Under the pieces are notes generated by a model. It saw only the letters and a list, made by a program, of their open reading frames with translations. It had not been told where the DNA came from and did no database searches. Below are positions 1 through 11,482 of a stretch of 64,000 nt of DNA, in pieces (within the stretch, counting starts at the first letter, position 1; every line of letters starts with the position of its first letter). Location: NCBI RefSeq assembly GCF_006345805.1, contig NC_042998.1, positions 16,740,001-16,804,000 on the forward strand. The letters are read 5' to 3'. The DNA comes from Octopus sinensis. Lineage: Eukaryota. The position numbers and the translations under genes are program-made.

Positions 1-1416
1 CAACTGTTTAATTTTTGACATTCATTCTACGTTCTAAGTAAATATATTTTCTTCTAAACCTCTCGTCAACCTGAAAATCAGAATATATTTTCAGATTCTA
101 CCATTCCATATCTGCTCACTGACAAGTTTTGCATTATTCATTTGGAAAAAGCGTATCCTACTTAAATTCCGAATTAATGTCTAGTTGTTAGAAACATGAA
201 GATGTTTAGGGAAAGCCATTTTTTGCTTAAAGTCTTGTTTTCTTTACTTAGCTTCCATCTGGAGAACAAGAGTTTATCAATATCTATCTCTCTTCATTTC
301 AGCGACTGCATTGGTATCGCAGCGCACTTGCTACAATACACATTTCTTGATTTCACCATCATGCATGCTTTTGAAAATATGACTTACGGGATCCCAGTAC
401 ATGCAGGTGTGAGGTATAGCATTTATTCCTATTATAATCATCACTGTCACTCGAACTGCACCGTTTAATATCCGAATGTCATATATACACCTCTTATGTT
501 GTTCTCAGTCGGAATCACAACCGATCTCGTTTGATATTCTCTAATAGTTACTGTAAAACCTTCCTGTGTTCGGCTGTTTTCTATAATTCCTATGTGAAAA
601 TTATTACCTGCATTCTAGTATGTTATGACGAACATATTTACACCTTTTATCGCTTGCATTTCAAGGGCGTTCTTGTCCTTTTGACATCAAATATTGCACT
701 TCATTTTTATTCTTTCTCAAGTATTTTCGATTGATTCAAATTCTGTAGAAGCGTCATTTTTGCTATTGATACTTTACTCCTCTACGAATGAGGTAACTGG
801 CAGCGAGAGTTTTTTGGAACGGACTATACACCTTAATTAAGTTTATGCCAATCAGTTACACGCGCAGCTTGAAGATTCAAAAGAAAAGATTTTAACAATT
901 TTATTTGTCTATTCCCACATATATAATAAAGTGATATTATTCAGACCAGATGTATTCGTAAGCTGTACAATCACTAAACGTTATGTAACACGATAATTTG
1001 ACTTGCGTAGCTTTTATTTTACATCTAAATTGTATAGAATACGGAGTAATACGTTTGGATTTGAATATGGAAAGCACACTTACCTACAATTTAAATACAA
1101 TAACAAAAACAATAATCAATACCATTTTCATGGAAAATATGTAGTGAAATTTCTTTTACATTTCATGATAGCCTTCCATTGCATTTTATGATAATCTACT
1201 GGGAAGAGTTTAGAGTTAGAGAATTTTGCATTATGTCTAAATAAATTGAGACGTGTGCAAATTCATTCAATCAGAATATGTATGAAAACGGGTGTTTTTT
1301 AGATTAAATAAAATAATTTAAATAATATTCAAAATTATTGCGCGAATATGACGTTTGCCGCTCAAACAGAAATGCATTTCTTTCATTGAGGCTGTTGACA
1401 TACTTTTTTGAATTAC

Positions 1417-1551
1417 CATCTGAAATATTTTTTGCCCTAAACTTGAAATTTATCTTTCGTTGGAAACCATCGATTTTATTCACCTTCATTAATCCTTTTG
1501 GATAATGAAAGAAACAGTAGTTACATTGAAGCAACCTTTTTCGCTCAAAGA
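1417..1551 (-). CDS. Candidate internal coding exon (unverified, product unknown)
   Basis: Minus strand: pyrimidine-rich acceptor tttctttgtatttttgttag and donor GATG|gtaatt bound a 135-nt phase 1-1 segment, open in one frame (FERKRLLQCNYCFFHYPKGLMKVNKIDGFQRKINFKFRAKNISD). No homology recognised. Confidence 0.2.
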
Positions 1552-3114
1552 CTAACAAAAATACAAAGAAACAGCCACTATTCGCATGCAGAACGTTAAA
1601 ATAAAAGCATAGTCGCAACAACCATCTCTTTGTTTCTGTTAACACAATATTTGCAGAAGTGAATTGGCATGTGGTAACTCAATGAGAAGCATTTCATTTC
1701 TAACTTAATTTAAAGTAATATTGTATTCAGAGCACTTTAATTTCATAGATATCATTTTTTTTTCTAAATCAAAATAACATCAAATGAAAGGAATTTAATT
1801 CCGTTGTAATCATATAGCTTGTCATTCGGTGCTAGTATTTCAACAATCAAACACGCTATTTCCGGATACCAAATAGTATAAACAAAGTGAAATAAATTCT
1901 CTGTGAAAAGAAAAAAAGTATTTTGAAAACTGCAATCTCTATTCAATAGTTTCCTTGTATTTTAATTGAAACAATGTCTTCAATATTTTGATGAATATTA
2001 CAGTATTATTAAATACAAATTGTATATTCTGCTCAGATATGTAAGAAGAGCTTATGTAAACAGATTAATTACTGAAATATTATAAATTTCAACAATTCAT
2101 AAATTAATATGTCATTAAGTCTAGAAACTAATCATAAATTGCAAAACGAAAATAAATAAAACAATTCAGAAACAATATACAAAAACAATTTATGAACATT
2201 ATCTTTGAATTTAATCGGCACCATATCGTGACGTTTGAAAGGCTCAACCTTCCTAGCGAAAGATTAATCCTATAATTTGCCCATAAATCTTCAAAAAGTC
2301 CAATGGAACACGACTAGAGCAAACAGTTATCAATTATTTTTAAAATGTTTTCTATTGCTTCACACAGATCTAGATAGAACGGTGCATCTCACATCAATAT
2401 ACGTTTAAAATAATATGTATTTCATCGTCTATAATATGAAAACAACGACTGGAGGGAATAATGTCATTCTGGAAGACAAACATTATACAACATATGCTAC
2501 CCTCAGTATTTCAAACGAAGTACGCATATATACGTACACACGAAGCACCTACACACACACACATACATACGTAATTATGTAATTATGTGGACTTTAGTAG
2601 TACGACGATTAATGTACTTACAGTGTTTAGGCTACCAGATGTCATCCACGGCTATGATATAATTGTCACTGAATCTACGCCAGGAATTCCGTAGCGTTGT
2701 TTGTGTTTATAATGCATGGCGGAAAGAGAAGGTGAAGTTAGCAAGAATCTTTATTCAACTCAACGTTCGTTTCCACCCATCCTTTATCTTTCACTTACGG
2801 GTGAAATATTGTACAGCTAGTTGTGTTACATCCATCAGTGCTGGCCGCATCTCGTCTGGTGTCTCGTTTTCAATAAGATACTTCACATATTGAGGTCGGT
2901 CCTAGATGTTTCCTCTATTGACAGAGGATCGAAACATTTCCGGATTATAAATGTTAGATGAGTTTGGCTATATTTCACAGCGAATAGATGACATAAAGTA
3001 AAGTAACAAGAAATAGAGAGTAGAATACGAATTAAAAGATAAAATGAAGAATGATTGGTATACCCGTTTTGAGATAGATATCTATAAAGTTAATCCAAAC
3101 ATGAAAACACAAAG

Positions 3115-3290
3115 AGAAAACACAGCAACGCGAAGACGTGGAACAAGTATAGTGTTATTGGACGCTCAGGAAAGAAGGGAAAAAGGAGGGTTTAAGGTTT
3201 CGGGCGGTGTTCTTCGTCAGAAACATAGGAAAACGAAAGATCCAAAGAAGGGAAGACGGAGGAAAAAATCGCCAACGCTACACACTCGGT
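3115..3290 (-). mobile_element. Probable PLE-associated non-autonomous repeat with a decayed hammerhead motif (3190-3224)
   Basis: Minus strand GTTT-CTGACGA-A-GAAC ACC GCCC-GAAA-CCTT-AAAC: core boxes and 4-bp stem I are intact; stem II and the NUH site are mutated. Confidence 0.4.
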
Positions 3291-3595
3291 CACATATATA
3301 GTGGTTAGTGCAGCGGACTCGCGGTCGTAGGATCGCGGTTTCGATTCCCAGGCCAGGCATTGTGAGTGTTTATTGAGCGAAAACACCTAAAGCTCCACGA
3401 AGGCTCCGGCAGGGGGTGGTGGTGAACCCTGCTGTACTCTTTCGCCACAACTTTCTCTCACTCGTTCTTTCTGTTTCTGTTGTACCTGTATTTCAAAGGG
3501 GTCAGCCTTGTCACACTCTGTGTCACGTTGGAACTCCCCGAGAACTACGTTAAGGGTACACGTGTCTGTGGAGTGCTCAGCCACTTGCACGTTAA
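3286..3595 (+). mobile_element. tRNA-derived SINE (family D), 3' end missing
   Basis: A-box-like tggttag and B-box-like gtttcgattcc at 3302-3350. The body 3490-3595 matches the 3' domain of the diverged SINE at 48230-48325. Confidence 0.85.
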
Positions 3596-3783
3596 TAAAT
3601 GAGCTGCGACGTCACTGGTGCCAAGCTGTATCGGCCTTTGCCTTTCCCTTGGATAACATCGGTAGCGTGGAGAGGAGAGGCCGGTATGCATGGGCGACTG
3701 CTGGTCTTCCATAAACAGCCTTGCCCAGACTTGTGCCTCGGAGGGTAACTTTCTAGGTGCAATTCCATGGTCATTCATGACCG
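3596..3783 (+). mobile_element. 3' half of CORE-type SINE (family C) fused to the preceding SINE
   Basis: Closely matches the reverse complement of 8721-8920 (ggtgccaagctg...catgggcgactgctgg...ggagggtaactttctagg...catgaccgaag). Confidence 0.85.
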
Positions 3784-4739
3784 AAGGAGGTCACAAATAT
3801 ATATATAGACGTACAAACACAACCCAACTGCTGGCACCGCTATTACGGATGGGTCATTGAATATGGTCATAAACGACCAAGATGTTCCTGTCGCCAATAT
3901 GACCATATGATCGACATAGGCATTAAAATTGTTTAAAGTCCTGGTCAGTTTTAGTGCAATGGATATCATTTGCTGCATGTGGGAGGTAATGACATAAATT
4001 GCTATTCACTTTAGAAGCAATTTCGAATGAAACCTTAAGTTACACGTAATTTCATAACACACATCACCCCTATATCTGTGTTGATCACGACATACATCGT
4101 CCCTGTATGTCTAGATACAGACATTTAATTTAACACATCCACGTATTCAAGAAAAAATTAGCAGAATGCCTAGAGACAGAAGAATGAGATGGTTGCATAA
4201 TATCCATATATCCCGTTGGTAACGCTTGGGAATGTAGCTGAAAAGAGTAAGGGTAGTTGCTTCTTATAGTACTTTATGGCGTAGGAGCTGGTGAGAAGAT
4301 CTCAAGATCCTCCCAGGAATAGTAGGCGAAGATGATGGATGGACTTCTGAATATATAGATATAGAGATAGATAAGATAGATTTATATTTACGTGAGTGTG
4401 GTTATTTGGCAGACTTTAGCTATCAACAACAAAAAATAAATATGTAATTCTATTCGTTCTACATATTTCAATTACAGAAACAATTTGAGCAATGTCTCCC
4501 GACGAATAATTTTCACAAGGTATGAGAAGTTATATGCTGTGAAATTTCTCTACCAAAAATATTGTATATTAAAAATGAACATATAATAAAGATGCAAACA
4601 CAGTTTGTAATATATATCGAACTTAGTTTGATCTTAATTTCGCTGGCACACACGCACACACACACACAAATACACACACACACACACGTACGAACATATA
4701 GACACAACTAGGCATATATTATATTTTCGCTTAGGCATA

Positions 4740-6950
4740 GCAATACTAATAACCTGATATTAGAACCCGCTGTACATATGCCTTAGTCAAAAAAGGATTA
4801 GTACAGGGCGATTAAGAAATCGTATGTATGACAAAGGAAACTAGAAATTAGGTGATGAACCTCATTATCATAAAATTGCATCTGCTACAAAATGCAATGC
4901 ACTCAAGATTCTTACAAATTCTTCGGAGTATTAAAATGACATGCAATTTTATTTGGTAACGCGTTTATATAGATGGAAATATAGATTTTATTAAATTATT
5001 TCAAATTTTGTATTGCGTATAGAAATAGTATTTTTAAAGAACTTATAATCCATTTTTGATTAAGTAAAATTTATGAAAGTGATATATTGTTTATTCGAAA
5101 ATATTACAAAGATTATCAATATTATGAGCATTCAAAGAAATATCCGCTTCCTTATTATCCAATTTATTATTATCCGATTTATCATTTACGTATTTGTCAC
5201 CGTAAAAATAATTATGATTATTTATATGTTACTTATTAATTTTCCTAGATTTACTAGATAATTTAATATTTGTTTTCTCTACGTCCTGTTTTACATTTAG
5301 AGCTTGATGTGTATTTATTTCAAGCTTATTATTATCATTACCACTTATTAGTTTATTATTTGCCAATTTATTAATAGTCTGTTTGTTATTACTTGTAGAT
5401 TTAGCTTTAATTATATTACCGATCTTTACAGGTTTTGTTCCTGTCTTATAAATAATCCTATCAAATATATTTTCTTAATTGAGTCGATGGTACATTATCT
5501 TATATTTGTATCCATCTTTGACGAGAGCAATGTTGTAATAATCTGGATGCTACATAAATATGTCTTTATTACATGATAAATACGATATTCTTTTCCCTAT
5601 GCTGGAAATTAAAGTATTCTAATTGATCCTGGGCGATGGCTTTCGAAATTGATTTAGCTTAAATTCGTATTTTACCCTTGGAAAGGTTCATGCTTGACAT
5701 TTATTAGGTTGAAATTAACATCTAGCAATTTAACTGAGTTCTTATCCATTTCACTAGAGATAGAAATTCCATACCGTTTGAAAAATTAATCGAACTTTTC
5801 TTAAAAAATTCTAAGTTCCTATTAAATGCATTTCGATGAGAAAAAGGGCATCGTCCCTATATAATCCACCCCTAGTAACAGGAAATCCTTGTAATATTCG
5901 TAATAGACAAAATACACCATAAACTAATTTCATAAAATTTACTAAATCCAAAATGGATTATAAATTCTCTAAAACTAATCCTGAGGAATCTAATACAATT
6001 TGGCTCATCTTTCCATATGCACACAATTTGAAAATAATTTAACTAAATATCTACACAGGTCTGTTTATAAGCATTTTTATAAGGATAATAGATACACTGA
6101 AATTATTAATTATAAATATTCCTGTTTTGGTTATATTTTAACTTGTAATCTCTTCATTATTATATCATCTATTAATAACACAAAATTTAGATAATGTCCA
6201 CTGTTATAGAAATATTTATTACAATAATTCATTCACCAACATAATCTCCGTAACCTAAATAATAACGCTAACGGCAATACATGTCCTACTAAAATAACCC
6301 ATATTAACTTTTCTTCACAATACTACGAATAAAGGAGATGTATTGGCATAGCAAGTGACCTGATCTGAGATCGTGTGCTGGAATGAAAACAATTGCAGCA
6401 AAGAGGTGTTTATAAGCCATTTAAGAAACACACAACACCGTTAGATTCACTTCCACCTTTAGATTTAATTTCTCAAAATATGTTCGTCACTTTGAGACCG
6501 CGACCTGTTCAATGACAAACGTCCATGCTGGAAGAAGTCGTGGTCTCAAAGCGATGAAAATATTTTGACAAATTAAATTTAAATGTTGAAGTGAATCTAA
6601 CGGTTTTTGTTTGCTTCTTAAATGGTTTTTAAACACATTCCACGCTGCAATTGTTGACTGCGAACAAATTTATACATAAAGATGTAAAGTTTAAATTAAT
6701 TGTAAGTTTACAAATTTATGTAAGAAAGATAATCTGGTCTCCAATGTATAGTTAAATCTCAAGGAAAGGATTTCTATTATATAGCGTCAGAAAACAGAAT
6801 TAAGATTAAAATACTTACATCTAGGATCCATCTACTTTGCCTTAGTCAAGAAAAATATCATCTTGTGTTCATTTAGCGAAATATATTTTTTCTAAGTATT
6901 AATTAAACTATATAGTTATTATAAGGTATACTATATAATATAATATAATG
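4740..6950 (-). mobile_element. Decayed Penelope-like retroelement (RT and probable GIY-YIG region), interrupted by a foldback element
   Basis: Minus-strand translation gives GLYRDDAL at ~5845-5870 (PLE RT GLYRDDGL motif), then IGKRISYLSCNKDIF..YYNIALVKDGYKY at ~5490-5600 (PLE thumb-like), with weaker PRC/FYNS-type matches upstream. Many stops and frameshifts; boundaries approximate. Confidence 0.65.
6389..6654. mobile_element. MITE-like foldback element (~115-bp imperfect inverted arms, ~30-nt spacer)
   Basis: acaattgcagc...ccgttagattcacttc...ctttgagaccgcgac pairs with gtcgtggtctcaaag...gaagtgaatctaacgg...gctgcaattgt. Confidence 0.8.
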
Positions 6951-6980
6951 TTCAGATAATATCCCCTAATATTTATAAAA

Positions 6981-7078
6981 TAGATGAGGATTATTTTACC
7001 TATTGGTACAATAGATGGGGGTTACTTTACCTATTGATATAATTGATTAGGGTTATTTTACCTGTTGATATAATAGAT
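6981..7078. repeat. ~30-bp minisatellite, about 3 copies
   Basis: Units tagatgaggattattttacctattggtacaa / tagatggggttactttacctattgatataa / ttgattagggttattttacctgttgatataa. Confidence 0.65.
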
Positions 7079-8123
7079 CGAAATTAATATATACCCATTT
7101 ATTAGAAAACTTTTCTGAATTCATTTAACCATAAATTCTGCTAATGTAACTCATTTACTCTATAATTATACTTAACTCAATATTATCGATTATACCTCTT
7201 ATAATACATACTATATTCAATTTTTTTACCTTACATTAATAATTAAAATTCTAATAAAAATTCTAAACACTAATTCATAATAATTATTAATTTACAGAGA
7301 TTAACTTAATCATCATCAATCAAATATATTTCGTAAATATTTCTCTTAACACTCACTAAATGACGTAATGCCACATATAGCTAATATAATACAATTTTTC
7401 TATATTTATACATAACTGAAAAATATAGAATATGTCTCTTATAATGCACAATGTATTCAGCCGACTATTTTAAGATAAAATAAAGTTTAAACAATAATTG
7501 ATAATAATTATTAATTAATTCTTAGGGTTGAAATAAATTCTTATGTATTGTAAATAATCTGTAATTTTTCTATGAACACCAATTAATATGACGTAATGCA
7601 TTAGATCGCTGTTTATTGCTAATGTAAACAAATAATTTATAGTCATCGTGCTTGTTATATGGGAGATATATGCCTATGCTTGAAGTAAATGCCATTGTAC
7701 GTAAATGAATTTGAACTAAGCATTAATTTGATAAACGAATGCTATAGAATTGTTTGTTGTAATGCTTATGTTTCTATGTGTGTATATATGCATTGTGCAT
7801 GTACTCATATTCATATAAGTGTCTATCTGTGCATGCGTATATATGATTCTGCACAAACATATATACTGATAGACTGTTATAACTACATATGTTCTTGAAA
7901 TGCTCAAATTACTTCAACCAATGGTCATGGATTAGTATAAAAAATTCATATATAACTTCTTCATATATATATATATGTGTCTGCTACTCTAGGCCGACGA
8001 AGGACAATCATTGGTGGTGTACCCCCTGCTGTCACGTTCGTGTCAGATTGACAGTATACAACCATTCTATCGCCCCACCACCGTACATGTCTCTACGAGA
8101 GATATAGAAATTTAGTATTTCTG

Positions 8124-8184
<61 letters not shown>

Positions 8185-8720
8185 TGACTATGCATATATA
8201 TACATGCCTGTGCGTGAGTATGAATATACTGTATTTATGTAGATTTTCTATATGTATCTCTATATGTACAAAAGTTCCTACGTATGTATATATTCTATTC
8301 TAAATTATTTTTATCGTATTTTTCTTTATTGTATTCGTATTTTATTGCTAATTTTTTAAACTTTTATTTTACTTCCTATTCTATTTTATCTTATTCTTTG
8401 TTTTACTTTATTCTATTACATTCAAATTAATCCGTTAACCGTCTCGCCCATACAAAAATGAATATACAGCAACTCCATATATTTAGTCTGCTGGAATGAG
8501 CATATAGGTCAACAGGTGATTTTTTTTATATATTTAATTTTTCCCAGGTGATATTTTGCTCATAACTTATAAATGTAAATTTAATGCATAAATTTGTAAT
8601 TTATTCATTGAGTATCAATGGAAACAGCTGTAGGAAGAAATGCTTATGAATTAAATAATGAACAATTATTAACCACTTACTCTCCATTTTCTTCTCATAA
8701 AATAACAATGATTATATTGT

Positions 8721-9000
8721 GACCCACTTCGGTCATGACACTGACCGTAGGATTGCTCCCTAGAAAGTTACCCTCCAAGGTACAAGTCTGAGCAAGGTTG
8801 TTTATGGAAGGCCAGCAGTCGCCCATGCATACCGGCCTCCCCTCTCCACGGCACCAGTGTTATCCAAGGGAAAGGCAAAGGCTGATACAGCTTGGCACCA
8901 GCGACGTCGCAACTCATTTCTACAGCTGAGTGAACTGGAGCAACGTGAAATAAGGTGTCTTGCTCAAGAACACAACACGCAACCCGGTCCGGGATTCGAA
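8721..9000 (-). mobile_element. CORE-type tRNA-derived SINE (family C), 5' truncated in the B box
   Basis: Minus strand begins ttcgaatcccggacc (B box), followed by CORE-like ttgagcaagacaccttatttcacgttgctccagttcactcagctgtagaaatgag; body matches 3596-3783. Confidence 0.9.
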
Positions 9001-9001
9001 A

Positions 9002-9212
9002 AGTGGCGAGCTGGCAGAAACGTTAGCATGTCGGTCAAAATGCTTAGAGGTGTTTTGTCTTGTTTACGTGCTGAGTTCTAATTCCGCCGAGGTCGACTTT
9101 GCCTTTCATATTTTCAGAATCAATACATTACGTACCAGTTGTGCACTGGTGTTGATCTAATCGACTGACCCCTTCCCCCAACATTTCGGGCCGTGTATCT
9201 AGAGTAGAAACA
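9002..9212 (+). mobile_element. tRNA-derived SINE (family A)
   Basis: ggcgagctggcagaaacgttagc...gagttctaattccgccgaggtcgactttgcc; homologous to 19142-19352, 29173-29330, 38008-38222 and 47935-47981. Confidence 0.9.
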
Positions 9213-9720
9213 AATATATAGCTATTGATTTAGGGAAATTTTCTTTCGCAAAAATAACGTACATAACCTCCTGTGTTGTCTTGGATATAATCATTCTTTA
9301 TGCGGTTAATATACCCTCTAAGTAACTTATATGTGTGTGTGTGCGTGCGTGCGTGCGTTTGTGTGTGAATTAGTCGGACGGATCGCCTTGTAAAGTAAGA
9401 GCATTCATGAGCTACCACCTACCGAACTGAAGTGCTATCTATCGATTCGTCCATCCTAGCACAGGATTTTGAGTTGAGCGAAATTTCCCGACTTATATCA
9501 AATTAATCAACAGGGTCCACTCCTGGTGCTTCTCTTCCCTCATTTATTTAAATGTCTACTTTACAATCATAATCTTTCAGGAACCAACTAATTTCAAATG
9601 AATGCCGACACCTGTCAGTTCATTGTAAATCGTTTACTATCGGAAATACGACGGTTTCTGACAATTTAAGTGCTTAAGACTCAATCTCATCGCTGTGCGT
9701 CTTGTAGTGATCAAAATATT

Positions 9721-9808
9721 TTACCACTAACGCCATAGTGTGAGTATAGATACTATGTAACTTACTCAGTAAATTACCACTAACGCCATAGTACGAGTAT
9801 AAATACTT
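9721..9808. repeat. Local direct duplication (~35 bp, period 53)
   Basis: ttaccactaacgccatagt(gt/ac)gagtata(g/a)atact at 9721 and 9774. Confidence 0.8.
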
Positions 9809-10599
9809 TCATGATAAAATCCACTGGATAACGCCAGTTCTCTATCCATCCATTGATACCGGATAGGAAGAACAACCTTGATTGTGAAGTAAACCTGTGG
9901 AAAATATGAGCCCCTCATTTTTGAAGAGGTCAGAGTATAAACTGAGTAAAATATATATGTAATTTCTAGAAAGCTGAACCTCAACATGTAAGATATATAG
10001 TATCATCATCTGTAATATCTTATTTCAGTTTAGCATTCAATTTGGACTTTCCTTCAAAAATATCAAAAGAGAAAATTTATTGTTATAATTGCAAAGACAA
10101 TGTTTTCAGATTCACAAAATTCTGACGTTGAATTATAAACAGGGTCACTATGTAGTACTAATAGTTTGGTAGGTAGAACAACAAAGAATTAGAAATTTGC
10201 GTAAAGAGGGTAAATAAGTCTAAGTACTGAATAATTGTATATCAGAGAAAAATGCTTTAAAAGGTTGCTACAGACAATTTGGAGAAAAGGCAGTTATTAA
10301 ATTTAATACAATACAAATATACAAAATATCTGCTAATTTACGGGACGAGCCCTTAGAGATATTAAATATATTTCCCTCAATATAAATGGTTGTCTTCTTT
10401 CAAGAGAAACGATAACTGCTTAATATAATTTCTACCAAAAAAGAAAGAGAAAAAGAAAAGCAAAATAGTAAAATAGGTGAAACTATGTCTCATATAAAAT
10501 CTCATATCTATATATTGCTATGTTCACAAAAATTCAGAGGAACTATGAAAACGGTGGTTGATAGACATACGTTACTCTCACTATCTTTGTCTATATACA

Positions 10600-10759
10600 C
10601 ACACACGCGTGCGCGCACACACACACACACAAACATATACACACAGATATATATATATTTATATATATAGATAGATAGATAGATAGATATATAGATCGAT
10701 ACATAGATAGATAAATAGATATATATACACATATATATGTACGTGTATATGTATGTATA

Positions 10760-10803
<44 letters not shown>

Positions 10804-10873
10804 TAAGTATATATATATATGTACATATATATGTATATATATATGTATGGATATATATATATATATATAATAT

Positions 10874-10946
<73 letters not shown>

Positions 10947-10953
10947 CATATAC

Positions 10954-11000
<47 letters not shown>

Positions 11001-11120
11001 CAGGCTATTTGCAAAGCGTTCATTTTCTCTCTTTCGGCGTTTATATATTTGCGTGTGTGAGTGTATGATGCGTGTGTGTGTGTGTGTATTTATACACACA
11101 CACATATGTATATATATACA
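10600..11120. repeat. Compound microsatellite (CA)n/(GATA)n/(TA)n/(TG)n
   Basis: Directly visible; explains the YI/CV-repeat ORFs in the track. Confidence 0.95.
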
Positions 11121-11191
11121 ATAAGAGAGACCGATAGACACACAGGCAGACACACTGAATGAGTCAAACATGCAGCCTTATAGATAGATAA

Positions 11192-11308
11192 GTTTATTTA
11201 TTGGCCACACAGGGCTGCACACAGATGGGACAAGTTACAAGGTAGAGCTTTTCTTTTGGGGGATGAAAAAAACAAAAAAAACAAAAGAAACAAAGAAAAA
11301 AAAGGGGT
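11192..11308 (-). mobile_element. Tx1/L1-clade LINE, extreme 3' end only
   Basis: ttattggccacacagggctgcacacagatgggacaagttacaaggtagagcttttcttt matches 13613-13672; flanked by GATA repeats on both sides. Confidence 0.8.
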
Positions 11309-11373
<65 letters not shown>

Positions 11374-11482
11374 TGATAGTTAGCTGGATGGATGGATGGA
11401 TGGATGGATGGATGGGTGGATGGATGGATGGATGGATGGATGGATGGATGGATGAATGGATCGATCGATGGTTGGATGGATG
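11309..11482. repeat. (GATA)n grading into (GGAT)n
   Basis: Directly visible. Confidence 0.95.

Noticed and set aside
196-600. Apparent + exon 303-406 (cag|...|gtgtga) within the 90-aa ORF
   Set aside because: No homology or partner exon. The minus strand has vague LINE-endonuclease-like words (IIGINA, CDTNAV), so a decayed TE is as likely; neither reading is supportable.
2897-2945. cctct/agagg hairpin followed by gaaac, resembling hammerhead stem II
   Set aside because: No CUGANGA core (ctagatg) and no clean stem I or III.
6981-7078. CRISPR-like repeat array (also 9721-9808)
   Set aside because: Eukaryotic context, degenerate tandem units with no unique spacers, no cas genes.
4700-7600. 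Possible mitochondrial insertion (very AT-rich)
   Set aside because: No mitochondrial protein or tRNA motifs seen; better explained by PLE RT motifs.
10485-11171. Long ORFs (up to 171 aa) of YI/CV/HT repeats here and at 22167, 44776, 55362, 56843, 59252 and 60390
   Set aside because: Translations of stop-free microsatellites, not genes.
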